Positions 12,165-24,420 of a DNA stretch of 64,000 nt are shown in pieces. The stretch is taken from NCBI RefSeq assembly GCF_001194135.2, contig NC_068991.1:67144566-67208565 (forward strand), given 5' to 3'. The first letter of the stretch is position 1, and each line of letters starts with the position of its first letter. The stretch is from Octopus bimaculoides (lineage: Eukaryota). Made by a program: the position numbers and the translations under genes. Below the pieces are notes generated by a model. It was not told where the DNA came from. It made no database searches and saw nothing but the letters and a program-made list of their open reading frames with translations.

Positions 12165-13745
12165 ATGGCTTAGGGTTAAGGTTAGATTTATGGCTAGGGT
12201 TAGGTTTGGGTTTACGGCTATGGTTTAGGATTTATGCTTAATCAAAGATTGAATTTAGGCTTTAGGGATAGAAATGGGTTTGGGATTAAATTTAGGAGTG
12301 AGGTTGAATACGATTCGAACGTTTATTGTTACTAATAGGAAAAAACGTGACCGCTTAAGAACAGACAGGACTTGAAAACTATAATCGTGTTGAAATTACC
12401 CTGAGCATGATCTTGCAAAATGATGTTCTCTGAATACATATGTACGTGTGTACATGCATGCTTGCGTGCGTGTAAAATGGGAACAACCATGTAATTGTTT
12501 TCAACTAAGAGTTCATGATGGATAAAAAAAAAAAATAACTCAAACTTGCACACAAATACACAGAACGAATATGGCACTTTCCTGTAATACGATTGAAATT
12601 TTAGATAGACTTACAATTTCAGATGAATATTTAAATTCCAATACCTTACTATTTCACGAGTTCAAAGCTGACATTTTTTCTAAGTGACATAAATTCGTTT
12701 TAATTTCCCATAACAACGAAATTCTGATTATAAGATTTAAGCAGCAGCAAGTATGACGTCACAATCAACGTAGAAACACCAATAGCGATCAACGCCATTT
12801 TGATACCATCATTCAACAGTCTGTTTAAACAAATTGTCTTCTTATAAATCTCTCCCTTTCTGAATTTACTAATCCAAGTTACTGCAAAATCATGATGGCT
12901 TTTCGAAGTTTGTGAAACCTGTGGAAATTCAGAGTCTGTAGATTTTCGTTAAAAAGGTTGTTGGAAGCGTAACATCTCGAACTTAAAAACAATAATAATA
13001 ATGATAAATTTATTACATACACTGCTTTGGTGTACAATTTTTCAGGAAAGGATAAAAGAGAATACAGAAAGCAGCGTGAAGACAAGGAAAGGAAGCCAAA
13101 GGTACATGCAGAGCACACAGGATAAAACACAGCAAGAGAAGAAAATGAATATCAAAAGAGCCAAAAATCTGTGTAGATAGATCAGGAGTAATGTTGGTGG
13201 ATTGCGGGAAGTATGGAAATGTTCAAAGATACAATGTCCTGACAGTTAACTATTGACGCGGGGAGTTTATTCTATGATTCAAGAATTCTGAACGTAAAAT
13301 ATTTCCTTAGTCATGGACGCTGCACTTTATTTTTTCTTTCTATTTTATAAACGTGACCGCATGTAGTGGAAGACGTTGAATTCGAGCTATACCTACACAA
13401 GTGTGCTCCCTCCCGACTTTGTAACCTCGTAACTTTCAGAAAAATGGGATGTAATTGTTTACAAATACTCGTCAGGTGGTGTAGATTCCGATTATGTCGG
13501 AATTTAATGTGGGGAAAAAAAAAAAAAAAAATGGTGGGCATGCACACACATACTTACATACATCACATTTCTTTTCAAAAGTGCATGTTTCATTTTGTAG
13601 ATGTGTGTTAGTATGTGTGCACGCCCAACGATATAATCGTAATCTACGCCAGCTGAGAATAATTTTTTTATTTATTTAAAAAATACCTAGTTTTCAAAGT
13701 TGGGGGCACACTTGTGTAGGAACGCAAAATTCAAAATGGTTGCTT

Positions 13746-13821
13746 TAAAGTTCGTGGAGATTAAAGTTCATGGAGATTAAAGTTCGTGGCGATTAAAGTT
13801 CGTGGCGATTAAAGTTCGTGG
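13746..13821. repeat. 16-bp tandem repeat (TAAAGTTCGTGGMGAT), about 4.7 copies
   Basis: Units start at 13746, 13762, 13778, 13794 and 13810. Confidence 0.85.
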
Positions 13822-15557
13822 GCCTCTTCCAAGCCACCTGCTTGATGTCGAAGTTTTGCCAGGAAGGCAAAGCGTACAAGATACGGTAAGCGGTTGACAG
13901 AGGCCGTTCGTCTAAATTACACGCCTCTGGACAGCTTAAAGTGGATTGATATTCTGAACAAGATGGTGTTCCAGACTGGAGATGGAAATTGTAGACATAC
14001 TAGAGTCACACACAGCTTTAAGTAGATAACCAACGAATGGCTAGATTAAAAATTTCAGGCTGTCTTCGATTTTGCTCCATGTTTTTTTTTTTTCTTTATA
14101 GTCATTAGGAAACGTAGCTACTATTTCTAGCAGGACGAGAGAATAAGTACAAGCTCCATCGTTAGCTTGCTGACTAGCGGTTCCTAGTCCTTATTGTTTA
14201 GCCCCAGGTCGGCTCTAATCGAGCCGAGCTATGATCATAGATGTTCAAGCAAAGGATCAGTCCGTCTTTTTTATATATCATGGACCAGACGTGTCTATCC
14301 TCTTTGTTTTTATTTAGAGGGTGTGAGCGGAGGGACTTTCGTTGCCGCTATTTCTACTACTTCGAGCACACACAGGTTCCTTCCCTTCATGTGTTGGGTA
14401 GTTCCTATGGCTAGCCTGAGAAATCCATGAATCTAGTAGAGTAAGGGAAACAACTTTGAAGGATTTCTCTTTACAACAAAATATCCACAACACGTTTTCA
14501 GAGTTTATATTGAAATTCATGTCTCAGATTCCAAATAAGATAGCAAAAAAAAAAAAAAAAAAAATTACACTTTGTATTTATGCTTGTTTGTAAGTAAGTA
14601 TGTATGTATATATATATATATATATATACATAATCAATTTAATACACAACCGAAAGAGCTACTAATAGTTTCATACTGTTATGATACTTGAACAGACATA
14701 TTTATAAAATAGCCAAGCAATCTTTCAGGCTCTCTATACGTTATGTATATTTTAAAAAGCAAAGGTGAGGAAAAAACATGGAGAATGCAAAAAAAAAAAA
14801 AAAATGGAACGAGGAGATAGATATGGGACTTCCGTGATAGCTATTCCTTAGAATCCCATACCATATTTGGTTAACAGAAGTAGCAATGGTGAGCTAGCAA
14901 TAAATTAGGTCCATAAGTGATGAAACGGACCCGTCCCCTATTCTTTGTACAGTATACACAAAACAGTGCCCTACATAACTTAGCTTGTGTACAGGCTTCG
15001 CGCACAGGACTTCTCCACAATGTAACAAAAATACTAAGAATGGAAAACCATCTATATCTATATTAGCTCAAAACAGTTAAATTTAATATCCACAGTCCTT
15101 ACCCAAACATGAAAAACCCAGTTTCAAACACTGAGACATATATACAACTATAACATCCTTAAAGCATCTTTCTCCACATGTTTTGCTAAATGCCGCAATA
15201 CAAAGTTACAGTCCAATATTTAAAGATAACTACAAAACCTGCCGTTTCAAGTATGTCACCCACGTACTGATTTTCGAATCTTCCAAAGTTTAACTAATCT
15301 AAATTAGCCTATTAGCGGTAATAGATGACTATTACTGCTAGATCGATTCCCGATCTCCCCAGAGATTAATCATACTGGTGAAGAAAAGCAATCTCTCCGT
15401 TTTGTCAGCTACCATCTTATCCTTCTTACGTTCACAATTTCTAAGACGCCGTTGAAAATCCTAAAACAACCCGTAACACACAAACATTTTCTATTCCCCA
15501 TTGCTACCAGTGGAAGAGCGACCTTTTATCCCGCATCACACAAATCCAGGTTTTAAA

Positions 15558-15722
15558 AAAATCACAGGAATAAAAGTCACGGTAAAAAGTCACAGGGGTT
15601 TTATTCGGATCCCATAAATTAATTGTGACTTTATTACAGGGCCACCATAACTTGTGACTTTATTACGGGCCACCATAACTTAATTGTGACTTTTTTTTTC
15701 CTGTGACTTTATTACTGATTAC
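15558..15722. mobile_element. Small inverted-repeat element built from AAAAGTCAC/GTGACTTTT sub-repeats
   Basis: aatcacaggaataaaagtcac...gtgacttttattactgatt. Confidence 0.55.
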
Positions 15723-17238
15723 TCAGAAAACTTTGGAATAAAGCTACTGATTAGTTGTTGAAAAATCTGGAAGGTGAATTTACTGACAAAGATACACGGC
15801 AATAGGCTTCATTTATCATTGCTTTAGTGAATTAAATTGAATTTGGAGAGTAACGAGAAATCTAGTCTAGATCCGTTCTACTAATCTTTCGATTCGTCAC
15901 ATTGGCATATTCCTCTTCTAGTGTTGCATTGTATCTACGTTGGAAACATAAGTGCTTTCTTGTCTATCTGTTGATTAATCAATAAAGTTCATCTCGACCT
16001 TTCGCGACTTCTATCGCATAGTTCATCCTCTCGACTACTAATATATAAGACAAGGAAAAGTCTTTCTAAAAGTCGCGTCCTATTTTTACGTCAGCGACAT
16101 AGCAACAGGGAAGAAAAAAATTTTAGATTTGGCTAATAGGCTGAAAGAGCCAACTGCCTCACCACCATTGCTACTTTAATACGACGGCTCCAGCGAGAAA
16201 CAATCGCCACTAAATTTGGAGAAGGAGATTAATCGACAGCATTGACCCCAGCATTCACCTTATCGACCCCAGAGAGATGAAAAGTAGAGCTGACCTCGGT
16301 GGAATTTGAACTCAAAAAGTAGACATTCGGAAAAAATACCGCAAAGCATTTTGCCCGACGCTCCAACGATTCTACCAACCACTGGCCCTAATTTTTGTGC
16401 ATACAATAGACAGGCAACAAAGCAAAATAAACAAACTTAAAGTCGTTAATAAATCAGCAATATCGAATATAGAACTTCATTTTTTTATGAGGTATCTGAT
16501 ATCTTTCATTTAGTACTAGCTGTTTTCGAACATAACAATAGAAATATACTTTACACACATACACGTACGCACACACACACAGCTATATATGTGTGTGTGT
16601 GTGCTTGTTTAGAAGTCCACACATTCATAAACATATACACTCATTCATAAATATCTATTTACTCACTATAGATCTTTCTCTCTTTTTCTCACACGTCACT
16701 TTTGCTCTTCCTTCTCCTCTTCAAGCTAATAGAAACACTTAGCACATCCACACACACACACATACATACATACATATACTCTTCGACTTATACATACACA
16801 TACATACACACAGCTGTGTTGTGTGACGTAAATGAATTTTTTTTTTAACGGAAAATTTAAATCTTTTTAAAATTCTCATTTGAAGCTTTCAAGGTTTTAT
16901 GTATCACAAAATATTGTCTGTCCAGTAAGAAGCGAGAATTTGGAAAGTTTGTGAAAATATATTGAAAACCCTCATGGAAACGTTATTAACCCTGTCCGAC
17001 GACTGATACCCACATGCATATTCTCTAGATCTCTCTATTTTAGTGTCGTTTTACAGCAATTTCGTCATTAAATTATTGTTACAAATCGCTAAGAACTGCA
17101 ATATTTCCTTTAAAAGAAATCAGTTTCATTGAAGATTCCTCCTATTTTTTTCTTTACATTGTATATAAATATGATCAACCAGAAAGACAGCTCGAAGACA
17201 TTTTGATATTCATTGATTTTGTTTAAATAGTTAGAAGG

Positions 17239-18405
17239 ATGAAATCAAACGAAAGTCGAGGTTGCCAAATTTCCTGTGCCGATGAGGATTTTTTTTCAGA
17301 CTGTAGTGATAGCGGTGGATCTTGTTATAGAACTCCATTGAACACTCCAAGAAATCAACCCTCTCAGATTCGAAGACAGCCGTCTAGTGACCTTAATTTA
17401 GTCAGTATGCAGTGTTGTGATGACAGTTGCTGTTGTTGTGCTGCTTCACAAAGGGACAGGATGATATTGAGCCCGAAGTATTTCCATTCCCAAATCAGTG
17501 TTAAAGAATTAGTAAAATATTTTAACTGCCTTCAAAACCGAGATAGCAATATCCAGACGCTGACTGGAAGATTTTCCAACAGAACCACGCATTCTCCAAA
17601 TTCTTCAAATTGGAATACATATACACGGAATGGTAATCTAGCCAGGGAATGTCACAAAATTCAGGGTAACGAAGCCGGAATAAATCTTTCAGAAAATGTG
17701 AAAGCCGATGAAGATCGGTTTCGAAATGTTTGTGTAGTTCGCCGAAAGAAGAAACCTCCCAGACAACACGGAATTCAAAGGACAGACGTAGCTACTGCCG
17801 ATCTTAACCAAAAGAAACAATGTTATGACTGTTCAACTACCAAAGGTGAATGCACTACGCAAGGGACCCAAATATTTGATACAAACAACGATAATACTTT
17901 ATTGTGCAAAAGTAATACTACGGCCGATGTTAGCAACTGCAAGGTTTCATCGGTTACGGGGGGAAGCAATACCAAGTTGTCCTCCACCGAAGATCATTAT
18001 GTTAGTAAAGAAAAGCACAATGCGTGGGGTCCTTCTGAAGCACGGTTGAGAAACGTCAAAAACCTTTCTAATGTTGAATGCAACGATACGATTTTCAGTT
18101 GGAGAAACAGCAAACATAAAACCTACAATAACAACAATCCCAAAACTGACAAAGAATCACGAGATAGCAAAGAGTTGATACCATCGTCAGGAAGCTCGGT
18201 AAGGTGTGCCTCAAACGGGAAATACTCCAGCGATAAACCACACCTAACGTTACCCAAGAAACACCACCGTTCCAAAGCCATGTCTATAGTTGTGGACATT
18301 AACTTCGGTCACTCAGGTGAACGCATTGGATCAATTCCAATGCATTTCAAGGCTGATCGGAAGAAGAATGTTTTGAAACAGTCCATCTCTATTCCTTTTA
18401 TCTAA
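17239..18405 (+). CDS. Uncharacterised 388-aa Ser/Asn/Lys/Cys-rich ORF
   Basis: 1167-nt open frame in AT-rich DNA. There is an in-frame stop at 17224-17226 upstream and a possible acceptor at 17230/17234. No recognisable domain or TE motif. Confidence 0.6.
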   Translation: MKSNESRGCQISCADEDFFSDCSDSGGSCYRTPLNTPRNQPSQIRRQPSSDLNLVSMQCCDDSCCCCAASQRDRMILSPKYFHSQISVKELVKYFNCLQNRDSNIQTLTGRFSNRTTHSPNSSNWNTYTRNGNLARECHKIQGNEAGINLSENVKADEDRFRNVCVVRRKKKPPRQHGIQRTDVATADLNQKKQCYDCSTTKGECTTQGTQIFDTNNDNTLLCKSNTTADVSNCKVSSVTGGSNTKLSSTEDHYVSKEKHNAWGPSEARLRNVKNLSNVECNDTIFSWRNSKHKTYNNNNPKTDKESRDSKELIPSSGSSVRCASNGKYSSDKPHLTLPKKHHRSKAMSIVVDINFGHSGERIGSIPMHFKADRKKNVLKQSISIPFI

Positions 18406-19397
18406 GACAAATATCGATTTGGATAGAAAAGACAGTACTAATAATTTTCTGTCGTTTGACAATCTGACCAGAACCAGGACAATTTACAAACTTTGGATTG
18501 TTATTATTCTAAAAGATGTGCTGCTATAGTACTATTCAGCCCAGCCTCCTCCTTGCAAAAGCCTTTTGCTGTCGTAAAGGTTAGAAGCGATAAGTGGAGA
18601 TGAAGTACGGTCGATCAAACTGTCGCTAATAAAATAATGTTTTTGATTCTAAAATTTTTGCTGCATCACGAAATAAAATTGTCTATTTTATTTGTATTGC
18701 AGTCACTACACGTTCTTTGATAGTTAGAACCAGCACTCTTTTAGAAACAATTGTTTAAACGAGAATGTTTTTTTAAAAGCCACCTCTTATTTTTTCTGTT
18801 GTGGGTTAAACAAAAAGAAAAGAAAAAAAAGTTACTGATTTCTGTTTCTGAATCTGCAAATTGTCTTTTTATTGAAAAAAAAAATTTGAAAAATTCCCGT
18901 CAAAACGGAACGGGGACATTTTCGCAAATTTTTTGCTAAAACGATAGTCCAGAGCATTTCCAAGGGNNNNNNNNNNNNNNNNNNNNNNNNNNNNNNNNNN
19001 NNNNNNNNNNNNNNNNNNNNNNNNNNNNNNNNNNNNNNNNNNNNNNNNNNNNNNNNNNNNNNNNNNNNNNNNNNNNNNNNNNNNNNNNNNNNNNNNNNNN
19101 NNNNNNNNNNNNNNNNNNNNNNNNNNNNNNNNNNNNNNNNNNNNNNNNNNNNNNNNNNNNNNNNNNNNNNNNNNNNNNNNNNNNNNNNNNACGTTCGCCA
19201 AAATTTTTTTGAAAAGATTAAAAAAGGAAAAATTGGGGTGGTTGTTATTTGACGCGTTGGCCTGGGTACTGTCGTGTCAATGTTACCACAACCAGTTTGG
19301 GATCATAAACAGAAAGAATTCTCTAGCCTCGGGCCGACCAAAGTCTTGAGAGTGGATTTGGTAGACGGAAATTGAAAGAAGCCCCTCTCCCCCGCTT

Positions 19398-19433
<36 letters not shown>

Positions 19434-20166
19434 TACATGGGGGCGGGGGCAAAATTAGTAACCGAGGTAAAACTTCTAGTTTCTCGTTATTTTCTCCCAT
19501 CCTGTTTGAAATTATTACATTGTAAGTATTGCAATATCATTTTGTACTGTTGCATTATCTTTAGGAGTAGAAATTGTTCAAGTTGAGAGTCCGAAACAGC
19601 CAGGTGACCCGATTGTATTTGAGGTTGATAATAAAATACCTAGATGATAATTTTGGTGTTTAAGAATCAATATTCTTTTCTCTGTTGGATTCCAAGCCAA
19701 TTTTTTCTCGCACTAATGTTTAATTTGATAATTTTCAAGTTTCAAAAAATGAGGTCTAAATTTGGGTAAAACGAGTAATAACTAATTTCAGTAAATATTA
19801 TCACGAAGAGAGACACCCCAGAAAATCGTGAAGCTGTAGAGAATATTTTATGTGGATTTTTTTTTTTAATCGAGTTTCGTTAATTTCATATGTGCCATTC
19901 ATTTTCCAATTACTCATTTTGCCCCAGCCAAATTTGTTTCTTATATGCTCAAAGAGAACGATAATTTTCTGAAATAATGATCAAATTATGTTGGGAATAC
20001 CATTTGTTTAGCTGGTATAGTTTTCGTAAGGTAGTGAACATTTGTAAAAAATATATTTTGTCTCAAAAGTCAAAAATGCAGTAACAACATCTCATGTTGC
20101 TCAAACATATTTGTAGAAGGTTCACTGCTATAGTCACTCTGATCGGCCAGTCAAACTTCTAATATA

Positions 20167-20367
20167 CAGAGTGACCCAAAAAATAGGTTTACAGTTATCA
20201 CGTCGGCACTTTAAAATTTCTGTCTTACAAACTGAAAAGGGAGCTTGACAAAAACTAAATTAGCATAGAATAATTTCATATTTTTTTATAATTAAGATCT
20301 AAAGTATTAGTATATGAATGCGAAAGAGATAGTTGAATAGCTGTAAACCTACTTCTGGGCCACCCTG
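20167..20367. mobile_element. Tc1/mariner MITE
   Basis: TA-CAGAGTGACCCAAAAAATAGGTTTACAG ... CTGTAAACCTACTTCTGGGCCACCCTG-TA. Confidence 0.8.
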
Positions 20368-21329
20368 TATATGTATGTCTGTATTTGTTAAACCACCACC
20401 GCCTGACAACCGATGCTGGTTTCTTTACGTCCCCGTACCTTAGTGGTTCGACAAAAAGACACCGATAAAATAAGTAGCAGGTTTAAAAAAAAAGATAAGA
20501 ACAAGGATCGATCTGTTTGATTAAACCCTTCAAAACGGTGTCTTAGCATGGCTTCAGTCTGATGACTTGAAGGGTTAGTCGAGCAGATCGAGCCCAGAAC
20601 TTATTTTAAAGTCTGGTATTTATTGTATCAGACTTCCTGAGTCGAACTGCTAAGTTACGAGGATGTAAACAAACCACTGCTGGTTGTCAAGCGGTGGTGG
20701 TGGACAAAGACACAGAGACAAACATACATTTATGCGACTACCAAATCCACTCACAGGGCATCGGTTGACTCGGGGCTGTAGTTGAAGATACTTGCCTGCC
20801 CAAAGTGCCGTGCAATGGGACTGAACCCAACACAGCATGGTTGGGAATCAAGCTTGCGCGCTTATGTAAGTGCTAATGCAGTTTCTTACCTTTCCTTGAA
20901 AAATGCATTATTTTGAAAAAAATTTTTTCGGATTCCTCCGTTTTAGATGTCGGAGATTACGAATATGCAAAAAAAAAAAATAATAAATTTCGCCCCTCCA
21001 CCCCCAGGGCAATTAAAAGTTTTCGATTTTGTTTACTTTAAAGAGATCGTGGCGAATTGACGAACATATTGCAAATCGAAATTATATACAAACAAAAACA
21101 TTAACGTGAAAAGAATTTGCGATTTACTTGTGTTTGCCTTAAATAATCGTAAACATTAATATTTAATAATTAATGTTATAAAGTTTAATAAGGGGCTCAA
21201 ATTTCACCCCTCCCCCAATTTTAAATTTTGAAATTTTTCATCCCGTTATTTATTTGTCTGTCTATCTATTTATCCCTATCCGTTTATTCATAAAAATATT
21301 TGTCAACTAAATGTGGTGGTCCTTTTGAA

Positions 21330-22610
21330 CAGGGGTTTTCAAACTGTGGTCCGCAAGGACAAGACAAGGGGTCCGTGGACAGCAAATACTTTTTATGGGC
21401 AATTTGATTTTATATATGTTTTTTAATTGAAATCTTTTTTCTTATATTTTGTAAATGTAAGCGCATGAAATAACAAGTAAATAATTTTGTAATATATCCT
21501 AAAAGTCCCATCGATTAAAACAATTAAGTTGTCACTTGAGCATTGATCGCGTGTCAGGAATTCCATTCACATTAGTTATGGTTCGTGACATAAGAAAAGT
21601 GGAAATTTATGTTTTTATTGCGTTAAGTATTTGCTGAGTTAAGACTGTTTAGTCAGATCCAAAGAAGCACACAGGTACTGTCACGTAATTGTTAAATACA
21701 CTTTATTAATTTACACATCCAGTGAAGTTCAAATTATAAATTTTCAGTGTCTGAATATCTGATTTTTATTTATTAATGTTCCTAAATGGAATAAAACCTA
21801 CATTTATTTCTTTATTGCCCATAGGGGGCTAAACATAGAGGGGACAAACAAAGTTAAGTCGATTACATCGACCTCAGTGCGTAACTGGCACTTATTTAAT
21901 CGACCCCGAAAGGATGAAAGGTAAAGTCGACCTCGGCGGAGTTTGAACTCAGAACGTAACGGCACACGGAATACCGCTAAGCATTTCGCAATGGCATAAA
22001 ACCTACATTATCGCCCATTATATGTCAACGTTACTTATATGAAAATTATTTTACACGTGCAAGAGTTACACGTTCAAATTTTCAGGGTGTAAGCGTTACC
22101 CATGGATAAATTTTTGAAACGGAAAGCTCATGATGAAATCAACTCAGAATCTGATACAGAGACAGAAGAGATTGTTCAGAAAAATAAATTAAGAAAATAC
22201 GACGTGGAGTATATTCGATTTGGAGTCATTGAAAGTGTGTCTAATGCTAACAGACCACAGTGTTTAACTTTGTCATAAGCCGTTGTCGAATGAAGCCTTG
22301 AAACCAGCTAAATTGCTGCGACATTTAACAACACTACATCCTCAATTTGCCACAAAACCAAAAGAGTTTTTGAAAGAAAAAAGGATGCATATTTAATTGA
22401 GACAACAACTTTTAAAATGTCAATAACATCAAATTATAAACTACTACGGGCATCTAATTTAGTGGCACTGAGAGTGACTCGTGCTAAGAAGGCCCATAAT
22501 ATTGCTGCAGAACTTGTATTGCCCTGTGCAATAGACATGTGTAAAGCAGTTTTGAATGGAAAATGTGCTGCGAAATTGAAAGCTGTGCCACTGTCAGACA
22601 ACACAAAGCA
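21330..22610 (+). mobile_element. Decayed hAT Charlie/Buster-type transposon (left TIR and N-terminal transposase) with nested SINE at about 21800-21990
   Basis: CAGGGGTTTTCAAAC at 21330. MDKFLKRK...RKYDVEYIRFG...RPQC, (frameshift) SNEALKPAKLLRHL..LH, ASNLVALRV.RAKKAHNIAAELVLPCAIDM...LKAVPLSDNT at about 22101-22605. Confidence 0.85.
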
Positions 22611-22995
22611 ATCAACTGAGATTTTTAGTTCAATGAAAAATACGATACGTATTTGTGATAAACTAGTCTGAACGAGCTGCAGGACTTGCTGGGACATGTC
22701 CAGTTCTGTTTGTCTGACCAACTTCTCTTTCGGAAGTCAGTCAGCTTTTCTCATTTACTGTTTGTCAATGTTAATTGTTTGTTGTTTAGATGGAGAAAAA
22801 GAGATAGCAGCACACTGGATGTTGTGACTGACTTCCATCGACTTTTAAACAAACAGGAGAAGCACAACTGGAGGATAGAGGTATATTCTCCGATATTTAT
22901 TTATCTATCCACCCGTGTTTATTGCTGTGATTGTTTTTTTTTTTACTTTTGTTGTCAACATGTTATTATCTTTGTCGATAAAATTCACGCCAGTT

Positions 22996-23009
22996 GTGTC
23001 TATGGCAAC
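22996..23009 (+). promoter_or_regulatory. RFX X-box-like motif upstream of CEP128
   Basis: GTGTCT-AT-GGCAAC has a perfect GGCAAC half-site and canonical 14-bp spacing. It lies 3 kb upstream of the first coding exon of a centriolar gene. Confidence 0.5.
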
Positions 23010-23255
23010 AAGGTTCCACTCACAACACACATACATACGTGTATATAAATATATTCCTGTTTGCAAAAAGAATTCCGATATATACACACACACATCAACA
23101 TCAATTTTCTTTATTAAAACAGTCCCATAGCATCATTTCGACGTCAAATGAAATACACCTGGTGTATTTATATCATTTTGTTATTCATGGTCTTGTTTAT
23201 ACGGGACCACTGGAACTTCTAGGCAACTTTACCAATAATTAATGCATACATAGGT

Positions 23256-23287
<32 letters not shown>

Positions 23288-23684
23288 TACAATTCAGTCG
23301 TTCTTATTGCTCACAACAAATTTTATTACACTGTTATAAACTTTTGTTTCTTTTGAGATAAACTACCTGTAGTTATTTGCTATTTAGCTCCACGTAAGCC
23401 CCGTTGCCTAGTGTGGAGTGCACACGAATCTACAGCCCAAATGTCTTGCTATTAATAAGTAATGTATGTATATGTGCGTGTGTGTGTTATAATAAAAATA
23501 GTTTTACATTATAGTGAATGATTGTTCAATACATCTGGTAGAGTACACTTTATTCTTCAACAAGAGTAGTATTGATAGTGACTTCCAAGTTCCTGCCAGT
23601 TAAACCACTTAAATGAGTTATAGTGCGATGATAGCTTAGCTGGCCGAAACTTCGAAGTCACTGTCAGTATTATTCTTGTTCAAG

Positions 23685-23728
<44 letters not shown>

Positions 23729-24029
23729 ATATAAGCCTTCACTACACTCTCTGAGTGGTTGGCGTTAGGAAGGGCATCCAGCTGTAGAAACTCTGCCAAA
23801 TCAGACTGGAGCCTGGTGTTGCCATCCGGTTTCACCAGTCATCAGTCAAATCGTCCAACCCATGCTAGCATGGAAAGCAGACGTTAAACGATGATGATGA
23901 TGATGATGATGATATATATATACATAAGGAGGTTGCCCAAAATCATGTCCTGGCATAAAATGGTCACAGCCCTATGCTCCATATGGAATAATGTGGACTA
24001 ACAAATTAAACTAACTCTATATATATGAT

Positions 24030-24310
24030 GGAGGTGCAACGGCCCAGTGATTAGGGCAGCGGACTTGCAGTCTGAGGATCGCAGTTTCAATTCCCAGACC
24101 GGCTGTTGTGTGTTTATTGAGTGAAAACACCTAAAGCTCCACGAGGCTCCGGCAGGGGATGGTGGCGACTCCAGATGTATTCTTTTGCCCCAACTTACTC
24201 TCACTCTTTCTTCCTGTTTCTTGAGTAACGCTGCGATGGACTGGCGTCCCATCCAGCTGGGGTGGGGGGTGGGGGAACACATATGCCATGGAAACATGGC
24301 CCATGAGCCT
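24030..24310 (+). mobile_element. tRNA-derived SINE
   Basis: ggaggtgcaacggcccagtgattagggcagcggac...gtttcaattcccagaccgg head; same family as 53145-53490. Confidence 0.7.
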
Positions 24311-24388
24311 GGCTAGGCTTGAAAAGGGCACGTACAAATATATATATATATACACATATAACATATATATATATATATGTATGTACAT

Positions 24389-24420
<32 letters not shown>

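Noticed and set aside
12879-13611. Short ORFs with splice-like signals
   Set aside because: No recognisable homology or partner exons, and lengths are within chance expectation.
13746-13821. CRISPR-like array
   Set aside because: Units are directly adjacent with no spacers, and the DNA is eukaryotic.
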